Source: Gemmatimonadota bacterium
Lineage (GTDB): Bacteria > Gemmatimonadota > Gemmatimonadetes > Longimicrobiales > RSA9
Reading direction: 5' to 3'
Assembly (NCBI GenBank): GCA_040905425.1
Contig: JBBDRO010000100.1
Location: 184,402-232,438 of the forward strand
DNA length: 48,037 nt
Of the stretch, positions 30,113 to 39,831 are shown piece by piece. Position numbers and translations under genes: made by a program. A model generated the notes under the pieces. The model was given only the letters and a program-made list of their open reading frames with translations. It was not told the DNA's origin and searched no databases. Position 1 is the stretch's first letter; each line of letters opens with the position of its first letter.

Positions 30113-30943
30113 TCACAGCAGCGCGCCGGCGTTGGCCGCGATGAGGCGCAGCCCGAGCAGCAGGAAGACCGCCGCGAACAGCACGCGCAGCGTGCGCGAG
30201 TGCAGCTTCCGGTTCAGCCGCGCGCCCAGGCGAACGGCCGGGATGGAGCCCACCAGCATGGGTAGCGCGGCGGCCACGTGGACATAGCCGAGCGAACCCA
30301 CCGGCAGGGTCTGTCCCGACGTCCCCCCGAGGGCGTAGGAGAACGTGCCCGCCAGCGCGGCAAAGGCAATCACCGCCAGCGACGTGGCGGCCACGCGCTC
30401 CATCTCCAGGTGCACCACGTAGAGCAGCAGCGGAATGGCCAGAATGCCGCCGCCCACGCCCATCATGGCCGAGAGCATCCCCACCGCCAGGCCTATTGGG
30501 ATCGTGCGTGCCAGATCCACCCGCAGCGGACCCTGGCCCCGCTTCACCTGCCTGCGCAGCATCTGCGTGCCGGCATATAGCAGAAAGAGACCGAAAAGCA
30601 GACGCAGCACCTCGGGCGGCAGCAGGATGGCCAGCCGGGCGCCGATCAGCCCCCCGACCACGGCAAAGCCGCCCACCGGCAGCGCGGCGTCCCACGCCAC
30701 GTAGCCGGCCTTGTGGAAGGAACGCACGCCCACCAGCGCGGTGGGGAGGATGATGAAGAGGCTGGTGGCGTGGGCCAGGGTGGTCTGTAGCGCCGGCGCC
30801 AACGTCATGCCGTGCCAGCCGGCTCCGTAAAAAAAGTAGAGGAAGGGCACGATGAGTACCCCTCCTCCTATACCGACCAGCCCCGAAGCAAAGCCCACGG
30901 CAAGGCCCACGCAGACCAGCGCGCCGAGGACGACAAGGCTCAC
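30113..30943 (-). CDS. Sulfite exporter TauE/SafE family protein
   Basis: Duplicated GxGGG motifs (GIGGGVLIVP and GVGGGILAIP), each followed by ATSL. Confidence 0.9.
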   Translation of the reverse strand: MSLVVLGALVCVGLAVGFASGLVGIGGGVLIVPFLYFFYGAGWHGMTLAPALQTTLAHATSLFIILPTALVGVRSFHKAGYVAWDAALPVGGFAVVGGLIGARLAILLPPEVLRLLFGLFLLYAGTQMLRRQVKRGQGPLRVDLARTIPIGLAVGMLSAMMGVGGGILAIPLLLYVVHLEMERVAATSLAVIAFAALAGTFSYALGGTSGQTLPVGSLGYVHVAAALPMLVGSIPAVRLGARLNRKLHSRTLRVLFAAVFLLLGLRLIAANAGALL

Positions 30944-30968
30944 GGGCCGTCCCCGGCGCGCGCTGCCG

Positions 30969-32636
30969 TCACCGCCCACCCGAGCCGGCGCCCACGTTGC
31001 CCTGCCGCCGGTCCTTGAAGGCATCCGCCGCGGCGAACACCTCTACTGGCCGGGTGACCTGCCGCAGGATCTCCGCCGCCGTGCGCACCTGGACGTCTTC
31101 CAGGTTGACGCGCATGCGGGCCGCCTCGTCATTCCACTTGCGCCGCGTGATCTCGATGCCCAGGTCGCGCGTCACCCAGACCTCGGCGGCATCGTATACC
31201 GCCCGCTCAAGGTCGATGTCCGCCGCGCTAAGGGCGGCGTAGAAATCATCGAGCATGGCCCCGGTGACCGTGAAACCGCGCTGGAGACCCGGGTTCTGGC
31301 GGATGACCTCCACGGCGTAGGCAAAGCGCGCGTCGGCGTACGCCTGCCCGTGCTGGTTCAGCGCCCGCACGAAGACCTGCTCGCCGGTGGAAATCGTGTC
31401 CAGACGCACCACCAGATCCGGCCGGATACCGCCGCCGCCGAACACCGTACGACCCATGGTCGTCTGGAAGGTGGGCACGTTGTCCGGCAACCTGTCCTGA
31501 GCGTCAGGGTCCACAGGGTCACCCAGCCCCGGCTGGGGCACTTCCCGGATCTCACGATCGGCATCGATACCGTACGGCCCCTGGATGGAGCGGCCGGAGG
31601 GCGTCAGCCAGCGCGCCGTGGTCATCTTGAGGATGTCCCCACCCGGCAGGTTGAGCAGAGACTGTACGGAGCCCTTGCCGAACGAGGTCTGACCCAGGAT
31701 GAGCGCCCGGTCGTGGTCCTGCAGCGCCCCCGCCACGATCTCCGCGGCCGACGCGGAGAAGGGATTCACCAGCACCGCCATGGGCAGGTCCGCGTAGGGC
31801 TGCTCCACCCGATCCGTCCAGCTCTGGGAGTTCTGCGGCGTGCGCCCCTGGATCTCCGACAGCTTGGCGCCGGGATCCAGGAAGAGGTCGGAGACGGCCA
31901 GTCCGGCTTCCAGCACGCCGCCAGGATTGCCGCGCAGATCCAGGATCAGGGAGGTGGCTCCCTGATCACGCAGCCGGTCGATGGCGTGGCGCAGGCTGTC
32001 CACCGAGGTCTCGCTGAAGACGCTGAGCTCCACGTAGCCCACGCCGCCGTCCATCACGTACGCGGCGGGCACGGAGGTGATGACGATGTCATCCCGTACG
32101 ATGCGGAACGGAATGGGCTCGTCCGCCCCGGCGCGCATGATCCCGATCTCCACCGGCTCACCCTTGGGGCCGCGCAGGCGACTGACCGCCTCGTCCTCGC
32201 TCCACTCGCGGGTGGACTCGCCGTTGACCTGCACGATGGCGTCGCCGGCCATGAGTCCGGCCCGCTCGCCGGGGGTGCCGCGCAGCGGCGCCACCACGGT
32301 GATCCACCCGTTGCGCTTGGCAATCTGGATGCCGATGCCGCCGTATTCACCGGAGGTCTGCAGCACCAGCTCCTCGTACTGGCGGCGCTCCATCAGCTCG
32401 GTGTGCGGGTCGCCGAGCTCCTCCAGGAGCCCGTTGATGGCCATGCGGTAGAGCGAATCCCGGGCGAACTCCTCCACGAAGCTCATCTCCACCTGCCGCA
32501 GCACGTCTTCGAAGAGGCGGGACTGCTCGTAGACGCTGCGCCCCTCCTCCACGCCCCGCTGCAGCAGCCAGCCACCCGTGGCCAGCGCAAAGAACGCCAC
32601 CACCACGGGTGCCAGGATCGTCCGCTTGACCTTCAT
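30969..32636 (-). CDS. S41 family C-terminal processing peptidase (CtpA/Prc-like)
   Basis: N-terminal TM/signal, PDZ (GGIGI), LDLRGNPGG, SASAAE and FGKGSVQ motifs. Confidence 0.95.
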   Translation of the reverse strand: MKVKRTILAPVVVAFFALATGGWLLQRGVEEGRSVYEQSRLFEDVLRQVEMSFVEEFARDSLYRMAINGLLEELGDPHTELMERRQYEELVLQTSGEYGGIGIQIAKRNGWITVVAPLRGTPGERAGLMAGDAIVQVNGESTREWSEDEAVSRLRGPKGEPVEIGIMRAGADEPIPFRIVRDDIVITSVPAAYVMDGGVGYVELSVFSETSVDSLRHAIDRLRDQGATSLILDLRGNPGGVLEAGLAVSDLFLDPGAKLSEIQGRTPQNSQSWTDRVEQPYADLPMAVLVNPFSASAAEIVAGALQDHDRALILGQTSFGKGSVQSLLNLPGGDILKMTTARWLTPSGRSIQGPYGIDADREIREVPQPGLGDPVDPDAQDRLPDNVPTFQTTMGRTVFGGGGIRPDLVVRLDTISTGEQVFVRALNQHGQAYADARFAYAVEVIRQNPGLQRGFTVTGAMLDDFYAALSAADIDLERAVYDAAEVWVTRDLGIEITRRKWNDEAARMRVNLEDVQVRTAAEILRQVTRPVEVFAAADAFKDRRQGNVGAGSGGR

Positions 32637-32686
32637 TCTACCTCCGGATCACCACTGTTGGGTGCGCGTCGCGCGCATACCATTGT

Positions 32687-33343
32687 TCAACCCCGCCCTG
32701 GCGGGAATGTTTCTGCGAAGCGCTCTTCGAGCAACCGCACGATCGCGCCGTGCACCTCTTGGGGTTCGCCGCTGGCGACCACGCGCGCCACCCCCGTCCC
32801 TGCCCGCCCCGCGAGCAAGCCGTATGCCTCGGCCACGCGCCGGTGGAAGTCCTGCCCTGCCCGCTCCATGCGGTCGGCGGCACCGCGCGCCGCGCGCCGC
32901 GCTTCACCCACGTCTACGGGTACGTCCAGCAACATCACCAGGTCCGGCACCAGACCGCCGGTGGCCAGGGCGTTGGCGGCGCGCACGGCCGCTTCGTCCA
33001 GACCGCGGCCCGCACCCTGATAGGCCAGCGTGGAGAGCTCGAAGCGATCGGCCAGCACCACCGTGCCCGCCGCCAGCGCTGGCCGCACCACCGTCTCCAC
33101 CAGCGCCGCGCGCGCGGCCAGGTAGAGGTAGAGCTCGGCCACCGCGGGCATGCCCTGGCCGTGCAGCAGCACCCTGCGGATCTCCTCCCCCACGGGCGTC
33201 CCGCCCGGCTCGCGCACCAGCAGGTGGGCTACGCCGTGCCGCGCCATCCAGTCCGCCAGCAGGGCGGCCTGCGTGCTTTTGCCTGACCCCTCGATCCCCT
33301 CGAGAACCAGGAAGAGGCCGCGCCGGCCGCTCTGCTCCGCCAT
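32687..33343 (-). CDS. tmk: Thymidylate kinase
   Basis: EGIEGSGKSTQ, REPGGT and DRF...AYQG motifs. Confidence 0.96.
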   Translation of the reverse strand: MAEQSGRRGLFLVLEGIEGSGKSTQAALLADWMARHGVAHLLVREPGGTPVGEEIRRVLLHGQGMPAVAELYLYLAARAALVETVVRPALAAGTVVLADRFELSTLAYQGAGRGLDEAAVRAANALATGGLVPDLVMLLDVPVDVGEARRAARGAADRMERAGQDFHRRVAEAYGLLAGRAGTGVARVVASGEPQEVHGAIVRLLEERFAETFPPGRG

Positions 33344-33356
33344 GGACGCGCGCACC

Positions 33357-34670
33357 TCAGTCCTCGTAGTAATCCAGACCCAGGTGCGTGATCTGGTCCT
33401 CGCCGCCCAGGTGACGGAGCGTGTTCTTCAGCTTGATGTGCTGGATGAACAGGTCGTGCTCCGGATAGAGGTCCGGAGCGGTCATGGGCGCCTTGAAGTA
33501 AAAGGACAACCATTCCTGGATCCCGGAAAGGCCGGAGCGGGCGGCCAGGTCCATGAAGAGCGCCAGATCCAGGACGATGGGCGCGGCCAGGATGGAGTCA
33601 CGGCACAGGAAGTCCACCTTGATCTGCATGGGATAGCCCATCCAGCCGAAGATGTCCAGGTTGTCCCAGCCCTCCTTATTGTCACCGCGCGGAGGGTAGT
33701 AGTTGATGCGCACCTTGTGGTAGAAATCGCCGTACAGCTCGGGGTAGAGCTTGGGCTGCAGCACGTACTCCAGGGCGCCCAGCTTGGACTCCTCCTTGGT
33801 CTTGAAGGACTCCGGATCGTCCAGGACGGCGCCGTCGCGATTCCCCAGGATGTTCGTGCTGAACCACCCCGCCAACCCCAGCATGCGCGCCTTGAGCATG
33901 GGCGAAAGGGTGGTTTTCAGCATGGTCTGGCCCGTCTTGAAGTCCTTGCCCGCGATGGGCACGCCCTTCTGCCGGGCCAGCTCCTGGATGGCGGCGATGT
34001 CCACCGTCAGGTTCGGCGCGCCGTTGGCGAAGGGGACGCCCTCCATGATGGCGGCCCAGGCATAGAGCATGGACGGGGCAATGGCCTCGTCATTGGCCTC
34101 CATGGCGCGCTCGAAGGCCGCGATGCTCTCGTGCGCCTCCCCCGCCTTCTTGAAGATCTCCGTGGAGGCGCACCACACCATCACCAGGCGCGCGCAGCCC
34201 TGTTCCTCCTTGAAGCGGCGGATGTCCTGCCGCAACTGCTCGGCCAACTCCCGCTTGTTGGCGCCCTGCTTGACGTTGGGTCCATCCAGCCGCTTGACGT
34301 AGTTCTTGTCGAAGACGGCCGGCATGGGCTCGATGGCCTTCAGGAAATCGGCGATCGGGTCCAGGTGCCGGGCCTCCAGCACGCCGGCGTTCACCGCCAC
34401 CTCGTAGGCGTTCTCCGGATAGGGATCCCAGGCGCCGAACACCACGTCCTCGAGCCCGGCCAGCGGCACGAAATCCTTGATCTTGGGGTTGCGCCCCTCC
34501 GTCCGCTTGCCCAACCGGATGGTGGCCATCTGGGTGAGCGAGCCCACGGGCTGGCTCTGCCCCCGACGAACGGACTCCACACCGGCCATAAAGGTAGTGG
34601 CCACCGCGCCCAGCCCCGGTACCAGAATCCCCAGCTTCCCCTCCGCCGGGGTGATATCACTGCGACTCAT
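33357..34670 (-). CDS. ino1: myo-inositol-1-phosphate synthase
   Basis: GLGAVATT, WCASTE, NGAP, GKDFKTGQT, NILGNRDG and RDSILAAP motifs. Confidence 0.94.
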   Translation of the reverse strand: MSRSDITPAEGKLGILVPGLGAVATTFMAGVESVRRGQSQPVGSLTQMATIRLGKRTEGRNPKIKDFVPLAGLEDVVFGAWDPYPENAYEVAVNAGVLEARHLDPIADFLKAIEPMPAVFDKNYVKRLDGPNVKQGANKRELAEQLRQDIRRFKEEQGCARLVMVWCASTEIFKKAGEAHESIAAFERAMEANDEAIAPSMLYAWAAIMEGVPFANGAPNLTVDIAAIQELARQKGVPIAGKDFKTGQTMLKTTLSPMLKARMLGLAGWFSTNILGNRDGAVLDDPESFKTKEESKLGALEYVLQPKLYPELYGDFYHKVRINYYPPRGDNKEGWDNLDIFGWMGYPMQIKVDFLCRDSILAAPIVLDLALFMDLAARSGLSGIQEWLSFYFKAPMTAPDLYPEHDLFIQHIKLKNTLRHLGGEDQITHLGLDYYED

Positions 34671-34697
34671 TGTATTCCTCGAGTTGGATCGAAAGCG

Positions 34698-35327
34698 CTA
34701 GTCGTCGAGCGGCACGCCACGGGCGTGCCGGTAAACCCAGACGATGCGCTGGAAAGCGGTCAGATTGGTGAGGACGGCCAGGATGAGGATCACGCCTTTC
34801 AGCACCAGCCCGTCCCACGCCTCGCCGAAGAAGAGTGCGGCCCCTCCGATGAGGACCACGCGCTCCGCCCGGGGCATGAGACCCACCCGGCAATCCAGCC
34901 CGAGCGCCTCCGCGCGCGCCCGAGTATAGCTGATCATCAGGGACCCCGCCATGGCCAGCATGACCAGGTAGATCATGCCCACGTCACCCAGTTCCTGGCG
35001 GTAGTCGTTGTAGAGGGAAAGGATGCCCAGAAAGACCACGATCTCGGAGATGCGATCCAGCGTGGAGTCGTAGAAGGCGCCGAACTTGCTGCCCAGGCCG
35101 CTGATGCGGGCCACCTGGCCGTCCAGGATGTCGAAGAACCCGCCCAGCAGGATCAGGAAACCCGCCGTGCGCACGTGGTGGCCGTGGAAGAAATACGCCG
35201 CCGCCACAGTGGCCGCGAAGCCCATGGTGGTGAGCGCGTTGGGATGCACGCCGCGCCGCGCCAGTCCGTGCAGCAGAGGATCGATGATCCGATACACCCT
35301 GCCGCGCAGCGATTCCAGTCCGGGCAT
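34698..35327 (-). CDS. CDP-alcohol phosphatidyltransferase, probable phosphatidylinositol-phosphate synthase
   Basis: DILDGQVAR...G...YDSTLD signature. PNALT and SYTRARAE...RAER resemble PIP synthases. Adjacent to ino1. Confidence 0.85.
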   Translation of the reverse strand: MPGLESLRGRVYRIIDPLLHGLARRGVHPNALTTMGFAATVAAAYFFHGHHVRTAGFLILLGGFFDILDGQVARISGLGSKFGAFYDSTLDRISEIVVFLGILSLYNDYRQELGDVGMIYLVMLAMAGSLMISYTRARAEALGLDCRVGLMPRAERVVLIGGAALFFGEAWDGLVLKGVILILAVLTNLTAFQRIVWVYRHARGVPLDD

Positions 35328-35336
35328 GGGGCCGCG

Positions 35337-35702
35337 CTAAGAGAGGATGATGCGGGACTGCGCGCCGGCTTCCATCCCCTTGGCAATCTGCTCGTCCACC
35401 TTGCCGAGCATCTTCTCCAGGTTGCTCTGCGCCGCCACCAGGCCCTGGTAGACCGGCGACGCCTGCAGGGTTGTGGCCACGCGCTCGTACTCCTCGCGGA
35501 TCTCGTCACCCGGCTGCTCGCCTCGCTGCAGGATGCTGCCCACCTGCTGCTCCAGCTCGGCGATGCGGTTGGCCGCGGTGGTGGCCTCCCGGTCCTCGGC
35601 CATGCGCTCGCGCGCGCGCTTCAGCGCCTTGTATTCATCACTCTGGCCGATGAGGCGGCCGAGCTCCTGCGCCCTCGTGGTGATCCCGTCTTCCGGCTGC
35701 AT
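35337..35702 (-). CDS. YlbF/YmcA/YheA-like helical protein
   Basis: 121 aa, all-helical. AQELGRLIGQSDEYKAL is the typical N-terminal pattern of the family. GGAG precedes the ATG. Confidence 0.7.
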   Translation of the reverse strand: MQPEDGITTRAQELGRLIGQSDEYKALKRARERMAEDREATTAANRIAELEQQVGSILQRGEQPGDEIREEYERVATTLQASPVYQGLVAAQSNLEKMLGKVDEQIAKGMEAGAQSRIILS

Positions 35703-35722
35703 GTGCCATCTCCCCGTGCTGC

Positions 35723-36592
35723 TCAGTGATCCAGGGACTCGGCCAGCACCACCCGCGGGCGGTCCGCCAGGTCCCGTATGATGCGCGGTTCTCCGTAGCC
35801 GCCACGCCGACGGACATGATCCGCCACCTCTTCGGCCTGCGTCCAGCCCACCTCCAGCGCCAGCAGACCGCCGGGCTGGAGGCGCGCCCCGGCACCCTCC
35901 ACGAGTGCGCACAGTACCGCCAGGCCGCCCGCGGGCGCAAACAGGGCGTCGGGCGGCTCCCAGTCCAGCACCTCGGGAGGCAGGAGCGGCCGCTCCTCCT
36001 GGCTGATGTAGGGCGGATTGGAGACCACCACGTGGAAGCGCTCCGCGGGTGAAATCGGCTCCCACAGGCTGCCCGCACGGAATTCCACGCGCTCACCCAG
36101 CCCCAACCGCTCAGCGTTCGCACGGGCCACGTCCACCGCAGCGCCGGAAGCGTCCGTGGCCACAACGCGGCGGAACGGGTGCTCCCGCGCCAGGCTCAGG
36201 GCAATGGCGCCCGAGCCGGTGCCCACGTCCAGGGCATCCAGTTCGGCCAGTGACGAAGCGCGCGCCCAGCGCAGCACCTCCTCCACCAGCACCTCCGTCT
36301 CGGGGCGCGGCACCAGCACGCGGCCGTCCACCCGCAGCATCAGCTCCCGGAAGGGCGCCTCACCCAGCACGTACTGCAGGGGCTCGTGGCGCAGCCGGCG
36401 GCGCACCGCCTCACGGAAGCGCTCCAGTTCGGCGCCCGCCACGGGGCGGTCGTGCTGCAGGTAGAGATCCAGGCGCCGCATGCCGAGGATGCCCGCCAGG
36501 AGCAGCTCCCCCTCCAGGCGCGGATTCTCGAAGCCGCGCTCCGCCAGCACCTCTCCCGCCTTCCTGGCCAGCTCCAGCGCCGTCTCCGCCAC
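35723..36592 (-). CDS. prmC: Release factor glutamine methyltransferase
   Basis: EPLQY, LVPRPETE, DVGTGSGAIA and SNPPY motifs; follows prfA. Confidence 0.96.
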   Translation of the reverse strand: MAETALELARKAGEVLAERGFENPRLEGELLLAGILGMRRLDLYLQHDRPVAGAELERFREAVRRRLRHEPLQYVLGEAPFRELMLRVDGRVLVPRPETEVLVEEVLRWARASSLAELDALDVGTGSGAIALSLAREHPFRRVVATDASGAAVDVARANAERLGLGERVEFRAGSLWEPISPAERFHVVVSNPPYISQEERPLLPPEVLDWEPPDALFAPAGGLAVLCALVEGAGARLQPGGLLALEVGWTQAEEVADHVRRRGGYGEPRIIRDLADRPRVVLAESLDH

Positions 36593-36599
36593 CGCCCGG

Positions 36600-37691
36600 C
36601 TACTCCCCGTCCGCGTGCAGCGCCTCGGCCTCGCGGGCCTCCCGGAGGGCGGCCACCACGTCCTCCAGGTCACCGCCCAGGATGTCCGGCAGATTGTGGA
36701 GCGTGAGGCCGATGCGGTGGTCCGTCACGCGGCTCTGCGGGAAGTTGTAGGTGCGGATCTTGGCGGACCGGTCCCCCGTGCCCACCTGCGTCTTCCGTTC
36801 CCGGGAGCGTGCGGCCTCCTGCTCCGCCACGCGGGCGTCCAGCAGGCGGCTGCGCAGCACCTTGAGCGCCTTGTTCTTGTTCTTGAGCTGCGACTTCTCA
36901 TCCTGGCAGGTGACCACCACGCCGGTGGGCACGTGCGTGATGCGTACGGCAGAGTCCGTGGTGTTGACCGACTGGCCGCCGGGACCCGAGGAGCGGAAGA
37001 CGTCGATGCGCAGATCGTCATCGCGCAGCGCCACGTCCACTTCTTCTGCCTCGGGAAGCACGGCCACCGTGGCCGCGGAGGTGTGGATGCGCCCCTGGCT
37101 CTCGGTGGCGGGCACGCGCTGCACGCGGTGCACCCCCGACTCGCTGCGCAGGTCACCGTAGGCGTTCTTGCCGCGCACCACGAAGACCACCTCCTTCAGC
37201 GCGCCGCGCTCCCCCTCCGAGAGATCCACCACCTCCGTCTTCCACCTGCGCTGCTCGGCGTAGCGGCTGTACATGCGGAAGAGATCGGCCGCGAAGAGGC
37301 CGGCCTCGTCCCCGCCGGTGCCGGCGCGGATCTCGACCACCGCGGCCCGGTCCGCGAGCGGATCCTTGGGGACCAGGTGGCCGCGCAGCTCCTGCTCCAG
37401 CCGGCGCGCGGCCTCCTCGAGCTCGGCGCGCTCCACCTCGGCCATCTCCGCGAGCTCGGGGTCGGGCGCAGCGGCGAGCAGCTCCTGATTCTCGGCCAGC
37501 TTGCGCCGCACCACGTCCAGCCGGTCGGCGGTCGCCACGGCGGGGCCCAGTTCGGCGTGCTCGCGGCCAATGTCACGCAGGCGATCAGAATCGTTCAGCA
37601 CCGCCGGATTGGCGAGCTGCTCGTTGAGGTGCTCGTAGCGCCGTCGCAGGTCGATGAGCCGCTGCTCGGGGATCATGGCTGACGTGGTCAT
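36600..37691 (-). CDS. prfA: Peptide chain release factor 1
   Basis: PAT (PxT) recognition loop, GGQ, RTYNFPQ. Confidence 0.97.
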   Translation of the reverse strand: MTTSAMIPEQRLIDLRRRYEHLNEQLANPAVLNDSDRLRDIGREHAELGPAVATADRLDVVRRKLAENQELLAAAPDPELAEMAEVERAELEEAARRLEQELRGHLVPKDPLADRAAVVEIRAGTGGDEAGLFAADLFRMYSRYAEQRRWKTEVVDLSEGERGALKEVVFVVRGKNAYGDLRSESGVHRVQRVPATESQGRIHTSAATVAVLPEAEEVDVALRDDDLRIDVFRSSGPGGQSVNTTDSAVRITHVPTGVVVTCQDEKSQLKNKNKALKVLRSRLLDARVAEQEAARSRERKTQVGTGDRSAKIRTYNFPQSRVTDHRIGLTLHNLPDILGGDLEDVVAALREAREAEALHADGE

Positions 37692-37710
37692 GGGGCCGTT
37701 TCATGCAGCA

Positions 37711-37770
37711 GGGGCCGCGCGTAGCGGCGCGGCCCCATAGGAGAAGAGCCGGGCGTCCACCCGGCTCCTC
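37711..37770 (-). terminator. Tandem hairpins after rpmE, the rpmE-proximal one terminator-like
   Basis: GAGGAGCCGGG/CCCGGCTCTTC stem with a pyrimidine tail (37741-37770), then a 10-bp GGGGCCGCGC/GCGCGGCCCC stem (37711-37736). Confidence 0.55.
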
Positions 37771-37777
37771 GCGCCTG

Positions 37778-37996
37778 TTACGCCTCGGCCTTCTTCTCGC
37801 CCCCGCCCCACTTGCGCTTGAAGCGCTCCACGCGGCCGGCGGTGTCCAGCAGCTTCTGCTTGCCCGTGAAGTACGGGTGGCAGACGGCGCAGATATCCGT
37901 GTGGAGATCGTCCTTGGTGCTGCGCGTCTCCCAGGAATTGCCGCAGGCGCAGTGCACCTTGGAGGTAGTGTACTCGGGATGGATGCCCTGTTTCAT
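37778..37996 (-). CDS. rpmE: 50S ribosomal protein L31 (Zn-binding type)
   Basis: [13 protein letters not shown]...[10 protein letters not shown] and GRVERF. Confidence 0.97.
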   Translation of the reverse strand: MKQGIHPEYTTSKVHCACGNSWETRSTKDDLHTDICAVCHPYFTGKQKLLDTAGRVERFKRKWGGGEKKAEA

Positions 37997-38055
37997 GAAC
38001 GCCTGCCTGTGGATCGAGTCCGGTCCGCGACCTGCCAATTGGCCGCGAGCCTTGT

Positions 38056-38084
38056 AAGATACCCAAGCTCTGAGGCGGGATCAA
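38056..38084 (-). promoter_or_regulatory. sigma70-type promoter of rpmE
   Basis: TTGATC (38084-38079), 17-bp spacer, TATCTT (38061-38056). Confidence 0.6.
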
Positions 38085-38120
38085 GGTCCGGCGTTGCTCC
38101 TGGCAACGCGCAGCGCCAGC

Positions 38121-39137
38121 CTACGCCTCCACCTCACGCTGCTCCGCCGCCGAGCGGTAGGCCAGCCCCACCAGGCGCATGAGGCGCTCCTGCTCCGTGG
38201 GCGGCTCGGCCGGCCGCTCGCCGCGCACCATCTCCACGAAGCGCTCCAGCTCCCGGCGGTAGGACGCCGTATAGATGTTCTCGCGGCCGGAGGACGGCAG
38301 CGCGGGCGTGACGTCCAGCATGGCACCGTCCACCTCCTTGTACACACCCAGGGGAGCAATGGCGCCCGACCCCCGGGAACCCAGCAGGCGCATGTAGTGG
38401 CGATCCCGGTCCGCCGCCAGGCTCCAGCTCACCGTGAGGGAGATGCACGCGCCGTTCTCCAGGCGCACCAGGATGGCCCCGGTGTCCTCCACCTCCATGC
38501 CCTCGCCGCGGTGCGTGTGGCACACCACGCTGGCGGGCTCCGGATAGTCCAGCATCCACAGGCAGAGGTCGAGCGTCTGCACGCCCAGGTCCATGAGCGC
38601 GCCGCCCCCCGAGGTGGCCAGCCGGTGGCGCCAGGTGGGCCGGACCTGCCGCGCCTTCCGGTTCAGCCAGGCACCGCGCGCCAGGAAGATCTCTCCCAGC
38701 TCTCCGCCGCGGGCGAAGGGGAAGAGCGCCTGCACGTCGGGCCGGAAGCGATTGTTCATGGCCACCATGGCGCAGCGTCCGGCCGCCTCCGCGGCCGCCA
38801 CCACCCGCCGGCACCCCTCGGGCGTGAGCGCCAGCGGCTTCTCCACCAGCGCGTGGCGCCCCGCCTCGAGCGCGGCCACGGCCTGCTCCTCGTGCAGATG
38901 GTTGGGCGTGCACAGCACCACGGCGTCCAGCTCGTCATCGGCGAACAGGTCCTCGTCGCGGGCGTGCACCTTGTCCACCCCGAAGCGGTCGGCAATGGCC
39001 CGGGCGCGCGGCCGGTCCACGTCACTCACCGCGCCGATGCGCACGCCCTGCATATGCGCCAGCACCGGCAGGTGCACCACCTGCGCGATGGCGCCGAGCC
39101 CCACCACGCCCACGCGCACGTCCTGGCGTTCGCTCAT
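38121..39137 (-). CDS. Gfo/Idh/MocA family oxidoreductase
   Basis: GLGAIA, CTPNHLH, EKP and GGGALMDLGV motifs. Start at MSERQ. Confidence 0.92.
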   Translation of the reverse strand: MSERQDVRVGVVGLGAIAQVVHLPVLAHMQGVRIGAVSDVDRPRARAIADRFGVDKVHARDEDLFADDELDAVVLCTPNHLHEEQAVAALEAGRHALVEKPLALTPEGCRRVVAAAEAAGRCAMVAMNNRFRPDVQALFPFARGGELGEIFLARGAWLNRKARQVRPTWRHRLATSGGGALMDLGVQTLDLCLWMLDYPEPASVVCHTHRGEGMEVEDTGAILVRLENGACISLTVSWSLAADRDRHYMRLLGSRGSGAIAPLGVYKEVDGAMLDVTPALPSSGRENIYTASYRRELERFVEMVRGERPAEPPTEQERLMRLVGLAYRSAAEQREVEA

Positions 39138-39817
39138 CGTCCCTGCCCCGTCTCCTGCGCCGCGCTGCTCCGCGGCGGCAGCATGAGCGCCGCCCCCAGG
39201 CGGACGCCCGGGTAGCGGACGGCGTCCGCCACGCTGTAGCGCACCTCGCCGTACAGGCGGAGCGAGGAGATCGGCTGCGCCTCCACGCCCGCCATGACCG
39301 CCAGCCCCATGGTGGTGGCGTCCAGCAGATCCTCCACGAAGGTGTCCTCGATGACGGCGCCGCGCCCGTTCAGCGCGTGCAGTCCCACACCCGCGCCCAG
39401 GTAGGTCATGAGCTGGAGCGGCACCGTCCACACCAGGTGGGCGTCCACGCCGAGTGAGAGGTCACTCCACGTCACCTCGCCTAGATCCGTGCCTTCCAGG
39501 ACCACGCCCTCCTCCTGCAGCGGATCCAGCGCAGAGACCCGCTCGGCCAGCCGGTCCAGCTCCGCGGCCTTGAAGCGTGAGTGCCAGTAGCTGAGCGAGG
39601 GCGCGATGCGCACCGCCGGTCCCAGATAGCCAAGATCCAGCCGCAGGCTGTAGACCTGGGTGGCCTCCACCTTGGAGGGCCAGATGTAGCCCCAGTCGGC
39701 GCCGAGGCCGCGGAAGAGGAGGTTTTCGTAATCGTAATCGGCCAGCGACTGCGCTCCCGCCCCGGCGGGGAGGAGGAGCGCGGCCACCACGGCCAGCCTG
39801 GTGCGCCGGAACTGCAT
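39134..39817 (-). CDS. Exported hypothetical protein, probable outer-membrane beta-barrel
   Basis: Signal peptide ending AGA-Q; alternating-pattern strands (YLGAGVG, LYGEVRY). Confidence 0.65.
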   Translation of the reverse strand: MQFRRTRLAVVAALLLPAGAGAQSLADYDYENLLFRGLGADWGYIWPSKVEATQVYSLRLDLGYLGPAVRIAPSLSYWHSRFKAAELDRLAERVSALDPLQEEGVVLEGTDLGEVTWSDLSLGVDAHLVWTVPLQLMTYLGAGVGLHALNGRGAVIEDTFVEDLLDATTMGLAVMAGVEAQPISSLRLYGEVRYSVADAVRYPGVRLGAALMLPPRSSAAQETGQGR

Positions 39818-39831
39818 GGACTTGCCTCCGC

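Noticed and set aside
33150..35729. Long plus-strand ORFs such as this 859-aa one, 763-2448, 4131-5945, 7761-9761 and 30852-33020
   Set aside because: They are antisense shadows of well-supported minus-strand genes, expected at this GC content.
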